64,000 bases of DNA. Source: Bacteroidota bacterium. GTDB lineage: Bacteria > Bacteroidota > Bacteroidia > Sphingobacteriales > Sphingobacteriaceae. The number at the start of each line of letters is the position of its first letter. Positions within the stretch are counted from its first letter, which is position 1. The translations under genes were made by a program, and so were the position numbers. The stretch covers positions 30,760 to 94,759 of the forward strand of contig JAEYZM010000022.1 of assembly GCA_023427985.1 (NCBI GenBank). Direction: 5' to 3'. The notes beneath the pieces are model-generated. The model did no database searches, had not been told where the DNA came from, and saw nothing but the letters and a program-made list of their open reading frames with translations. This document shows positions 1 through 8,698 of the stretch, piece after piece.

Positions 1-1322
1 AAAATGGAAGAGTTTGGTCTAAAAACTGGGACATTACTACAGATGGTGGAACTAATGGATTCAATGGTACTTTTTATGTTTATTCAAACGATGGTGTGGT
101 CACTTCCATCAATTTTAATGGAATGCAACCTCATGCATTTAGACTAGCATGTAATAGTACTGGTACTGCAAATACTGGTAATCCAATTGAAGATCGAAAA
201 TCTAGAGATGGTAATTCTACTTATTCTTCGTATAAAATATTTTTGAACGATCCCGATATTCGTGTATATCCGAATGGAGTGATTGGAACCTTGCAAACTT
301 CTTTGAGTCTTACAGGTTGTGCTCCCAATTACTGTTTGAATGTGACTACCGATGCACCAGGTTTCATGGAGTTTATTGTTGATTTGAATGGAATACCTGG
401 TTACCAGTCGAATTCAAGAGACTTGGTATTTGGTCAGACGGTTAATGCAGGTACAACATGTATTCCTTGGGATGGTAAAGATGGCTTAGGACAACAGATA
501 AATCAAACTGTAAACTTTGAAGTTTTAGCCGAATATAAATTTGGTTTAACTAATTTACCTATGTTTGATGTGGAGAATTTTTCGGGTGGTTTCATTGTAA
601 GTTCGATTCGACCTTCTGTAATCAAACCTAAATTGTTTTGGGACGATTCTGAGATAACAGGCGGTAGTACAAATTTAACAGGATGTAGTAGTAATGCATG
701 TCACCCTTGGCCAAGTAATAATTTTGGTGATGAACGAACCATCAATACATGGTGGTATGTGAATGTTCAAAGAGACACAATTATTACACAAGATATTTCA
801 AGACCAAGCCCTTCTGCAGTAGGTATAACAAGTTTATGTGATACCAATACCAATCAATCGTATTCTACAACTTTAGTTCCTGGGAATAGTTATACATGGA
901 GAATTAAAAAAGGTAGAATTTTAGGCAGTAACAATTCCAATTCCGTTATAATTAAACCAACATTTGGAATAGATACTTTAACGGTACTGGAATCTAATAT
1001 TATTAGTTGTTTTGAGGATACTGTTTTTATATATAATTATCCAGTCCCTAATCCTCAAATTGATGGCGATACAATTGTATGTGGGATTGGGGTGATTGAT
1101 ATTTATAACGTTAATCAGATCATACCATTAAATTCATATGAATGGACTGTTAGTGGTGGCCTAATTCAATCCGGCCAAAATTCATCGAATATTGTAATTA
1201 ACTGGTCCGATTATGGAAGAAAATACATCGAACTAAAAGAAATTAATCCTAATGGTTGCAATACTATTAAAAGGAAATATGTCGATGTGGTGCATAAACC
1301 ATCTCCATCTATCAATCATTAG
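1..1322 (+). CDS. C-terminal part of a large secreted/cell-surface protein (5' end outside window)
   Basis: Frame 3 is open from nt 3 with no stop before the GTG at 96 used by the ORF track, so the gene enters from upstream. Asn/Gly/Thr/Ser-rich. The last ~160 aa form two ~75-aa Cys-containing Ig/PKD-like modules with a shared pattern (C...NSY.W....G.I....NS..I...C). No recognisable T9SS C-terminal domain. Confidence 0.6.
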   Translation, partial: NGRVWSKNWDITTDGGTNGFNGTFYVYSNDGVVTSINFNGMQPHAFRLACNSTGTANTGNPIEDRKSRDGNSTYSSYKIFLNDPDIRVYPNGVIGTLQTSLSLTGCAPNYCLNVTTDAPGFMEFIVDLNGIPGYQSNSRDLVFGQTVNAGTTCIPWDGKDGLGQQINQTVNFEVLAEYKFGLTNLPMFDVENFSGGFIVSSIRPSVIKPKLFWDDSEITGGSTNLTGCSSNACHPWPSNNFGDERTINTWWYVNVQRDTIITQDISRPSPSAVGITSLCDTNTNQSYSTTLVPGNSYTWRIKKGRILGSNNSNSVIIKPTFGIDTLTVLESNIISCFEDTVFIYNYPVPNPQIDGDTIVCGIGVIDIYNVNQIIPLNSYEWTVSGGLIQSGQNSSNIVINWSDYGRKYIELKEINPNGCNTIKRKYVDVVHKPSPSINH

Positions 1323-1323
1323 C

Positions 1324-2208
1324 TTACTCGTCTGCTTCTATGTTTTTAAGGATTTCATATAAGCTTTCCAACTCTTGAATTTTTTCAGCGTAGCCTAATT
1401 TTTCATATGAGTTAATTAAATTTCGTATAACTCTTTTTATGATTTGTATGTTGGAACAAGGCGCATAAAACGATGGTATTGGATCGAGATTTAATTGCTT
1501 CAAGAAATAATCGATGTCTCGTTTGTTGAAAATAAATCCTTTATTAAATGCATTGATGTAAAATAGAATTCCATTTTGATCTAAACTCATTTTTTCGAAT
1601 TCATTTTTTTCATCGAGGTAAGCGAGAATAAAATGTTGTGGTAAGTTTACACCATAAATTGGAATATCTAATCGTTGTGCAATTGAAGAGTATATAATTG
1701 CTAAGGAAATTTGATTTCCTCTTCTAGATTCCATTACAATATTTACATACGAATTTTGTGGATCGTGATAATTTGTTACGTTACCTGTAAACCCATGAAT
1801 GTTATAGAAGACATGATTTAAAATTTTTACTTTTTCTATTGGGCTAGTATCGTATCTTAATTCAATCCATGCATCTCGCTTTATGGTTTCTATTTGATTG
1901 ATTATTTTCTGTGCATCTAATTCAGGATATTGATAACGAGAAACTATTATAAAACCATTGAGTAAATCAAAAGCGCCAGACATGGCCCATGTTTGCAGAT
2001 CTTTTTTTACTTCTGAAAATTGAATTTTATGAATGAGTTCTTCTATTCTTTGCTGAAGTAATAAGTCAAGCGTATTCTCCCAGGATTTTTCAAGAGCAGG
2101 AATGACATCCGTCCCATAGCTTAGCAAACGCTCTTCTACTTGACGATAGATATCGAAATCTGAATCGTCGAGCAATTTTAGCAAAGCATCTACTTCTCTG
2201 TAATTCAT
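1324..2208 (-). CDS. transglutaminase-like / SirB1 (YchA) family protein
   Basis: 294 aa. Helical N-terminus followed by a transglutaminase-like core, as in proteins annotated as transglutaminase family in Bacteroidota. Recognised by overall resemblance only. ATG start at 2206-2208. Its stop lies 1 nt from the stop of the convergent gene. Confidence 0.6.
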   Translation of the reverse strand: MNYREVDALLKLLDDSDFDIYRQVEERLLSYGTDVIPALEKSWENTLDLLLQQRIEELIHKIQFSEVKKDLQTWAMSGAFDLLNGFIIVSRYQYPELDAQKIINQIETIKRDAWIELRYDTSPIEKVKILNHVFYNIHGFTGNVTNYHDPQNSYVNIVMESRRGNQISLAIIYSSIAQRLDIPIYGVNLPQHFILAYLDEKNEFEKMSLDQNGILFYINAFNKGFIFNKRDIDYFLKQLNLDPIPSFYAPCSNIQIIKRVIRNLINSYEKLGYAEKIQELESLYEILKNIEADE

Positions 2209-2241
2209 ATTTGTATCTAATTTAATAATTTTTAATCCAAA

Positions 2242-2943
2242 ATGTTTGCCAAAAAGCTAAATTCGTGCATGTTTTTATTAAAAAGGGGCTTCTATTGGCT
2301 TAAATACAAGATTTTTTCAAATAGTTTACACGGAACTCATTCGCCTTTCGTTTACAAATTTTTAGAAGAAGTGGTCTATGATAATAAAGAGTATATAGAT
2401 TATAAAAGACTAAATGAACTAAAAAACAAGTATGAAAACCTTACAATAAAAAATAGCTCTAATTCAAGATTTACGATTGATAATAATCCAATACCAATAA
2501 CAAAAAAACACAGGCTACTATTATACCGAATTGTAAAATATTTTAAACCCAATTTAATACTTGAATTGAGCTCGTCCTCTGACATTGTCAATGAGTATGT
2601 GTCAATTGCACATTCTCAGTCAAAAATAATTAGTTTGTATAGCAATGATTTTGATAATATCTTATCATCACATATTAATCAATTTGAAGGCAGAGAATTA
2701 ATTTATTTCGATGGAACTTTCAAGAAAGATATAACCTTAAAATATTTTTATGAATCTCTTAAACGAGTAAGTTCAAAAAGTGTGTTTGTTTTTAACAGAA
2801 TTTGTGGTAATGACGATATGATTGAAGTATGGAATGAAATTAAAAACAATCCCCATGTCAAAGTCACCATTGATTTTTTTGATATAGGAATTGTTTTTTT
2901 TAGAGAAGAACAGGTAAAAGAAAATTTTATAATTAATTACTAA
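2242..2943 (+). CDS. conserved hypothetical, class I methyltransferase-fold-like (motifs appear degenerate)
   Basis: 233 aa. N-terminal ...LHGTHSPFVYKFLEEVVYD and C-terminal ...IDFFDIGIVFFREEQVKENFII resemble a flavobacterial family annotated as SAM-dependent methyltransferase. The expected Gly-rich SAM loop reads ILELSSSSD here. Confidence 0.5.
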   Translation: MFAKKLNSCMFLLKRGFYWLKYKIFSNSLHGTHSPFVYKFLEEVVYDNKEYIDYKRLNELKNKYENLTIKNSSNSRFTIDNNPIPITKKHRLLLYRIVKYFKPNLILELSSSSDIVNEYVSIAHSQSKIISLYSNDFDNILSSHINQFEGRELIYFDGTFKKDITLKYFYESLKRVSSKSVFVFNRICGNDDMIEVWNEIKNNPHVKVTIDFFDIGIVFFREEQVKENFIINY

Positions 2944-4226
2944 TTCATTAAACTTTCAATTTCATCTGCTTCAATTGGAATATTTGCCATTAAGTCGATG
3001 TTACCATTCTTTGTAATGAGTATGTCGTTTTCAATACGTATACCTAGATTTTCTTCTGGTATATAAATTCCAGGTTCACAAGTAAACACCATTCCTGCTT
3101 TCATTTTCTCGTATCTATTACCAATATCGTGTACATCAAGACCTAGAAAATGTGAAGTTCCATGCATGAAATATTTTTTATACAATGGCATATCAGGATT
3201 TTGTTTTGCAACTTCGTGCTTATCTAATAAACCTAATTGAATAAGTTCCGACTCCATTACTTTACCAACTTCTTTATGGTATTCATCAAGTAATGTACCT
3301 TCTACTAACATGCCTTTTGCTTCTTTCATTACTTTAAGTACTGCATTATACACATCTCGTTGACGTTTACTAAATTTACCATTTACTGGAATTGATCTCG
3401 ACAAGTCGGCTGTATAATTCGCATATTCTGCACCAAAATCCATTAACAATACATCGCCATCCTTACAGGCTTTATTATTGTCGTTATAATGCAAAACAAT
3501 GGCACTTGCGCCTGAAGCTATGATTGGATTATATGCATGGCCTGTAGCTCTATTACGAATAAACTCGTGAATGATTTCTGCTTCAATTTCATACTCCATT
3601 ACACTGGGTTTTACAAACGCCAAAATTCTTCTGAATGCTTTTTCTGTGATATCACAAGCAGTTTGCATGAGTTCAATTTCGTAATTTGTTTTAACAGCTC
3701 TGAGTTCTCTGAAAATTGGTGCGGCACGTTCGTATTTATGTACCGGATAAGTTTCCATCAATTGTTTTGCAAAACGTAAGTCGCGATATTGATTGATGTG
3801 TACATAACGATCGTTTTCGTTTGTATTGATGTATACATGTTCTGTATGATTCATTAACATTGGGAAAATTGATTTGAAATCTTCTAACCAAAAAATTGAA
3901 CGAATCCCAGAACACTCAATCGCTTCGTCTTTCGTGTATTTATGTCCCTCCCAAATGGCTATATGTTCATTGGTTTTCTTTAGAAATAAAACTTCTTTGT
4001 AGGCTGGAATTGGTGCATCAGGAAAAACAATTAGAATACTTTCTTCTTGATCGATACCAGACAACCAAAACATATCTGAGTTTTGTCTAAAGGTAAATGT
4101 TTGATCACCAGCTCTTGGAAATTCATCGTTTGAATGAATAATGGCGAGTGATTTTGGTTTTAATTTTTCAACAAAACGTTTTCTATTTTCAATAAATAAA
4201 TCCGACTTAATTTTTGTGTATTTCAT
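2940..4226 (-). CDS. pepP: Xaa-Pro aminopeptidase (M24B, aminopeptidase P)
   Basis: M24B motifs HGTSHFLGLDVHD and EPGIYIPEE..GIRIENDI, plus an aminopeptidase-P N-terminal domain. I start it at ATG 4224-4226 (MKYTKIKSDLF). The ORF-track start at 4265 is a TTG that would overlap the ald stop at 4243-4245. Confidence 0.9.
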   Translation of the reverse strand: MKYTKIKSDLFIENRKRFVEKLKPKSLAIIHSNDEFPRAGDQTFTFRQNSDMFWLSGIDQEESILIVFPDAPIPAYKEVLFLKKTNEHIAIWEGHKYTKDEAIECSGIRSIFWLEDFKSIFPMLMNHTEHVYINTNENDRYVHINQYRDLRFAKQLMETYPVHKYERAAPIFRELRAVKTNYEIELMQTACDITEKAFRRILAFVKPSVMEYEIEAEIIHEFIRNRATGHAYNPIIASGASAIVLHYNDNNKACKDGDVLLMDFGAEYANYTADLSRSIPVNGKFSKRQRDVYNAVLKVMKEAKGMLVEGTLLDEYHKEVGKVMESELIQLGLLDKHEVAKQNPDMPLYKKYFMHGTSHFLGLDVHDIGNRYEKMKAGMVFTCEPGIYIPEENLGIRIENDILITKNGNIDLMANIPIEADEIESLMN

Positions 4227-4242
4227 AGTAGTTTTAAAAATA

Positions 4243-5463
4243 TTAACTGGCTTGTGCAGCAACAAGTAAATCTAAATCTTTATAAGGTAATTTGAATTGG
4301 TTGGAAAGGTATTTATTTGTAATATGTCCGTTATACATGTACACCCCACTTCTAATACCTGCATTACTCCATAAGTAATTTTTTATTCCACCTTCTTCAC
4401 CTAATTCTAACAAAATAGGAGTGAATATATTGGTTAAAGCATATGAAGCAGTACGCGCAACTCGAGAAGCAATATTTGGTACACAATAATGTATGACATC
4501 GTGTTTATTGAATACAGGCTTAGTATGATTGGTTACCTCTGATGTTTCAAAAACACCACCTTGATCAATACTCACATCGATAATTACCGAATCGGCCTTC
4601 ATTCTTGAAACCATTTCTTCTGAAACGATGCAAGGACTTCTTCCTTCTTTTGCACGCATTGCACCAATGGCAACATCGCATTTCGATAAAGCTTTTTGTA
4701 AAACCACTGGTTGTAAAACGGATGTGAAAATTCTACTTCCAATATTGTTTTGCAATCTTCTAAGATGATATACCGAATTGTCAAATACTTTTACATCGGC
4801 CCCTAATGCTAATGCTGTTCTTGCAGCATACTCACCCACAGTACCCGCGCCAATAATTACAATTTCAGTAGGTGGAATTCCTGTAACTCCTCCTAACATG
4901 AGACCTTTACCATTGAAAGTACTTAAAAGTTCAGAGGCAATGTGAATGGATGCAGTACCAACAATTTCACTCATAGAGCGAACAACTGTTAATATTTCAC
5001 CCTCGTCTCTTAAATATTCATAAGCAATAGCCGTGATATTTTTTTGTATTAATAATTTTAAATAATCTTCTTTTAGTGTGCTAACTTGTAAGCCTGAAAT
5101 TAAAGTCTGTCCCCCTTTCAATAATGCTATTTCCTCGGTAGTAGGAGGAGCAACTTTTATTATCACATCGCTTTGCCAAACCGCTTTAGAATCATACGTG
5201 ATTTCGGCACCTTCTTCAGAATAATCTTTGTCGAAAAATTTAGCAGCAGCTCCCGCATTTGATTCTATAATTACTTCGTGACCATTATTAATCAAAAGCC
5301 CTACAGATAATGGCGTTAAGGCAATTCTATTTTCTTGAAATGTAGTTTCTTTGGGTATACCAATTTTTAAACTATGTTTTCTATTTTTTATTGCCATTAA
5401 TGCTTCCTGCGGCATTAATAAAGCTTGCTTAGCAATATCAGAAAATCCTCTTTGGCTGCTCAT
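4243..5463 (-). CDS. ald: alanine dehydrogenase
   Basis: IGIPKE..ENRIALTP N-terminal signature after a ~30-aa extension. NAD-binding GxGxxG (IIGAGTVGEYAA). 406 aa. Confidence 0.85.
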   Translation of the reverse strand: MSSQRGFSDIAKQALLMPQEALMAIKNRKHSLKIGIPKETTFQENRIALTPLSVGLLINNGHEVIIESNAGAAAKFFDKDYSEEGAEITYDSKAVWQSDVIIKVAPPTTEEIALLKGGQTLISGLQVSTLKEDYLKLLIQKNITAIAYEYLRDEGEILTVVRSMSEIVGTASIHIASELLSTFNGKGLMLGGVTGIPPTEIVIIGAGTVGEYAARTALALGADVKVFDNSVYHLRRLQNNIGSRIFTSVLQPVVLQKALSKCDVAIGAMRAKEGRSPCIVSEEMVSRMKADSVIIDVSIDQGGVFETSEVTNHTKPVFNKHDVIHYCVPNIASRVARTASYALTNIFTPILLELGEEGGIKNYLWSNAGIRSGVYMYNGHITNKYLSNQFKLPYKDLDLLVAAQAS

Positions 5464-5473
5464 CGTATACGAT

Positions 5474-6430
5474 TTATTTATTCATTTCTTTTAATGTTTG
5501 TTCAACCCAACCTTTACCCCAGTTTTCAATTTCTTCATCGGTCCATAATTCTGGATAGAAAATTCTTTTTTGAAAACGAGGCGGTAAATATTTTTGCCAA
5601 TTTGTACCACCTGTTGCTTTAATGTCTGCTGGATCTTTGTGTAAATAGCGCACTGCCGATTTGTAATGCACCAATGGCCAATTCACGTTCACATTCACGT
5701 CGAATCGTTTCATTGCATCAGCGGCATTTTGATTTTTGCTATTTAACTTTTTGTATATCGAATAAATATTATTGTTATGTCGATGTTCTGCTAAGCTTTT
5801 AAATTCTTGCAAATACTTATCTTCAAACTGGCGTAATGTTAAGGTTTTTTTACCCGTGCTTAATTCTGTTGCTCCATGTTTCCAATAAATATTATCGAGG
5901 AATTTTTGGGCATCAAATTTTTCATTTTTCATTTTATCGCGCACATCTTTATCCACTAAGTTGATAAAATCGGTTGCAAAAATTTCAATCATACGGTATT
6001 GTCCCGATTGAAAACCGCTTGCTGGAAGTAATGCCATTCTGTATTTCAAGAATTGTTCCTTCTCCATCCCATCAACCATAATGTCGAATGAATTGGTAAG
6101 GTGCTCAAAATATCTATTGATGCGTGTTAAGCGGTCTATGAAAAATTTCTCATCAATATTTTCCTTGCTACATATTTGTTCGCATTCACTTAAAATCATT
6201 TTGAAGTAAAGCTCTGTAACCTGATGATACATTATGAAAATTTTTTCGTCAGGAAAAGCAGTTCGAGGATTTTGTAAACTTAGCAAAGTATCTAAATGAA
6301 TGTAATCCCAATAGGTTAAGTATTCGGAGTACAATAATCCATCGAGGTAGGATACCAAGTCTTGACCCATGGCATCGTATTTCTCTTTTAACTTTTGTAT
6401 TCTTTCAATTATTTCTGGTGTAAGGTCCAT
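5474..6430 (-). CDS. kynA: tryptophan 2,3-dioxygenase
   Basis: YLTYWDYIHLDTLLSLQNP and IFIMYHQVTELYFKMIL are typical of bacterial TDO. The ORF-track start at 6457 is a TTG. I prefer the in-frame ATG at 6428-6430 (MDLTPEII), but the start is uncertain. Confidence 0.8.
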   Translation of the reverse strand: MDLTPEIIERIQKLKEKYDAMGQDLVSYLDGLLYSEYLTYWDYIHLDTLLSLQNPRTAFPDEKIFIMYHQVTELYFKMILSECEQICSKENIDEKFFIDRLTRINRYFEHLTNSFDIMVDGMEKEQFLKYRMALLPASGFQSGQYRMIEIFATDFINLVDKDVRDKMKNEKFDAQKFLDNIYWKHGATELSTGKKTLTLRQFEDKYLQEFKSLAEHRHNNNIYSIYKKLNSKNQNAADAMKRFDVNVNVNWPLVHYKSAVRYLHKDPADIKATGGTNWQKYLPPRFQKRIFYPELWTDEEIENWGKGWVEQTLKEMNK

Positions 6431-6477
6431 TTTTTCTAAGGTATTAAGGGACCGCAATTTAAGTATTTACAAGGGAT

Positions 6478-7452
6478 TTAGAAAGAGATGTCTTTGGAAA
6501 GCATAGAATCTAAGCTTTTTTCTACCGATATGAATTGATGTGGTATAATTTTAAGGATTTTATTATTAGAAAATTCTAATTTTTTATGTGCTGTCTTTGC
6601 TGTGCTTAGACTAATTGCTGGTGATTTTCCGCTAATCATTGACCAGAATTTCATTAATAAGGCAATTGTATACAATACCTTTGGACGCAATTCAAAATAG
6701 GGTGCTTTTGTTCCTAATTTGTTCGCAACATAATCTAGAATTGATTTATAGGTTTTATTTTCAGAGTTTAAAATAAATCGTTCTGAGTGAATTGCATTTT
6801 CGAATAATTTACACATTAGTATTGCCACATCTCTAACATCGACATAACCCACAATACCGTTTGTATAAAATGGACTTTTCTTTTTTACGAGTTCTAAAAT
6901 TTTCATAGATCCTCTTCCGCGTTCATCATAGCCCAAGATTATGGATGGGTTAACAATACAAGCTTTCAGCCCTTCGTATATTCCTCTCCACACTTCACGC
7001 TCAGCTTCAAATTTTGTTATCGAATAATCGGATGAATTCTTTTTAAACGCCCACCTACAATTTTCATCAATTAACTGATTGGGTTTTGCATCTCCAATAG
7101 CTGCAATAGAACTTACATGCATAAAGTAGAGATCGGGAAATTGTAAAGCAGCATTTACTAGATTCGCGGTAACATCGACATTAGTTCTCCAAAGTTCCTT
7201 TTTGTTTTTTGGATTAAAGGAAACCATAGCGGCGCAATGAAAAATAGCCTGTACATCTTTGATTTGTTCGTTAACAGAATCGAAATCTAGCAAGTCCACA
7301 TCGACCCACTGAATCTTATCTTGATAGGGAATAAGTTTTTTAGGAATACTACTATGAGCTCTTTTACTTGCTTTAATAGTATAGCCATTTTTAATTAAGT
7401 ATTCACATACAAATGAACCTAGAAAACCTGTTGCGCCCGTTACGAAAATCAT
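6478..7452 (-). CDS. NAD-dependent epimerase/dehydratase (extended SDR)
   Basis: Rossmann motif MIFVTGATGFLGSF at the N-terminus. Catalytic YxxxK (YSITK). 324 aa. Confidence 0.85.
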   Translation of the reverse strand: MIFVTGATGFLGSFVCEYLIKNGYTIKASKRAHSSIPKKLIPYQDKIQWVDVDLLDFDSVNEQIKDVQAIFHCAAMVSFNPKNKKELWRTNVDVTANLVNAALQFPDLYFMHVSSIAAIGDAKPNQLIDENCRWAFKKNSSDYSITKFEAEREVWRGIYEGLKACIVNPSIILGYDERGRGSMKILELVKKKSPFYTNGIVGYVDVRDVAILMCKLFENAIHSERFILNSENKTYKSILDYVANKLGTKAPYFELRPKVLYTIALLMKFWSMISGKSPAISLSTAKTAHKKLEFSNNKILKIIPHQFISVEKSLDSMLSKDISF

Positions 7453-7501
7453 ATTTACAAATATGTGGAAAATAAGGGATATTTGTTTGTATTCAAATCA
7501 T

Positions 7502-7509
7502 TAGGTTTG
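7502..7509 (+). promoter_or_regulatory. candidate Bacteroidota sigmaA -7 box (TAnnTTTG)
   Basis: Exact TAGGTTTG. It ends 1 nt before ATG 7511 and 16 nt before the in-frame ATG 7526. Confidence 0.35.
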
Positions 7510-7510
7510 T

Positions 7511-8698
7511 ATGTATTTTAAAAATATGTTAGAGGATTTTTTACAAAAGTTACAGCCAGGGGCTTATTTAGAGCAAAGTGAATATTACGAAAGTCAAATA
7601 GGCTTTCAAATTGTAAAGTACACATCGGAATTCCCTAGTTTAGAAGGATTTGACTTGGCATTGATAGGTGTGGAAGAAGATAGAAAATCCGTAAACAATG
7701 AAGGCGCATCAGAATGTGCGAATAAAGTTCGACCGCATTTTTATAAATTAAATGTAGGAGATTTCAAACTCAAGATACTGGATTTGGGTAATATTTTACC
7801 TGGTAATACAGTAAGAGATACGCATGTTGCATTAAAAACAGTATGCGAAGAATTAATGCGCTTGAAAATAATTCCTATTATTTTAGGTGGTGGACAAGAC
7901 TTAACCTATGCGCAATATTGGGCGTATCAGAATTTAGATACCAAAGTAGATATGGTTGTGTTTGATTCGCATTTCGATTTGGATGCAAGAATTGATGAAC
8001 AACAAACACCAGATTCTATTTCCTATTTGAACAGTATAATATTACACGAACCACATTTTTTATACAACTACAGTAACATTGGTTTTCAAACGTATTATGT
8101 AAATCAAGAAAGCATCGAATTAATGAATCAGATGTATTTCGATGTGCACCGCTTGGGTTCTTTTAGGAATAATATTTCTGAAACTGAGCCTATCATTAGA
8201 GCGGCCGATATGGTATCGGTTGATATTTCTTGTATTAAAATGTCGGACGCACCAGGAAATGCAAATGCACATCCGAATGGTTTTTACGCAGAGGAACTTT
8301 GTCAGATGATGCGTTATGCAGGAATTTCCGATAAGTTAAGTTCTATTGGTATTTACGAATGTAATCCAAAGTACGATCATCGAAATCAAACAGTAGAATT
8401 AGTTGCTCAAATGATTTGGTGTTTTATAGAAGGATTTTATCAACGAAGAAATGATTTACCTACAACATCTAAAAAAGATTTTATAAAATACAGAGCAACA
8501 TTTGAGAACATTCATTCTGAGGTGGTGTTTTTGAAAAGCAAAAAAACGGACCGATGGTGGATGCAGATTCCATATCAAAACAATCATTCTAAGAACGAAC
8601 GTTTTGAAGTAATACCATGTTCCTATGAAGATTATAAGCTTGCAGCTAAAGGTGAGATACCCGAGCGTTGGTGGAGAAATTATCAGAAATTAACTTAA
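7511..8698 (+). CDS. arginase-family protein (formimidoylglutamase-like)
   Basis: 395 aa. DxHxD motif present (FDSHFDLD). The other two arginase-fold metal motifs are non-canonical (ILGGGQDLT; SVDISCIKMSDAPG). The true start may be ATG 7526 if the abutting -7 box is real. Confidence 0.7.
   Translation: MYFKNMLEDFLQKLQPGAYLEQSEYYESQIGFQIVKYTSEFPSLEGFDLALIGVEEDRKSVNNEGASECANKVRPHFYKLNVGDFKLKILDLGNILPGNTVRDTHVALKTVCEELMRLKIIPIILGGGQDLTYAQYWAYQNLDTKVDMVVFDSHFDLDARIDEQQTPDSISYLNSIILHEPHFLYNYSNIGFQTYYVNQESIELMNQMYFDVHRLGSFRNNISETEPIIRAADMVSVDISCIKMSDAPGNANAHPNGFYAEELCQMMRYAGISDKLSSIGIYECNPKYDHRNQTVELVAQMIWCFIEGFYQRRNDLPTTSKKDFIKYRATFENIHSEVVFLKSKKTDRWWMQIPYQNNHSKNERFEVIPCSYEDYKLAAKGEIPERWWRNYQKLT

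Noticed and set aside
4227-4265. N-terminal extensions proposed by the ORF track for pepP (4265), the lipase (41909), mscS (49753) and NlpC/P60 (36035).
   Set aside because: The first three extended starts are TTG codons. They would overlap, respectively, the upstream gene's stop, a terminator hairpin and the divergent neighbour's start. In all four cases a downstream ATG gives a normal N-terminus or signal peptide.
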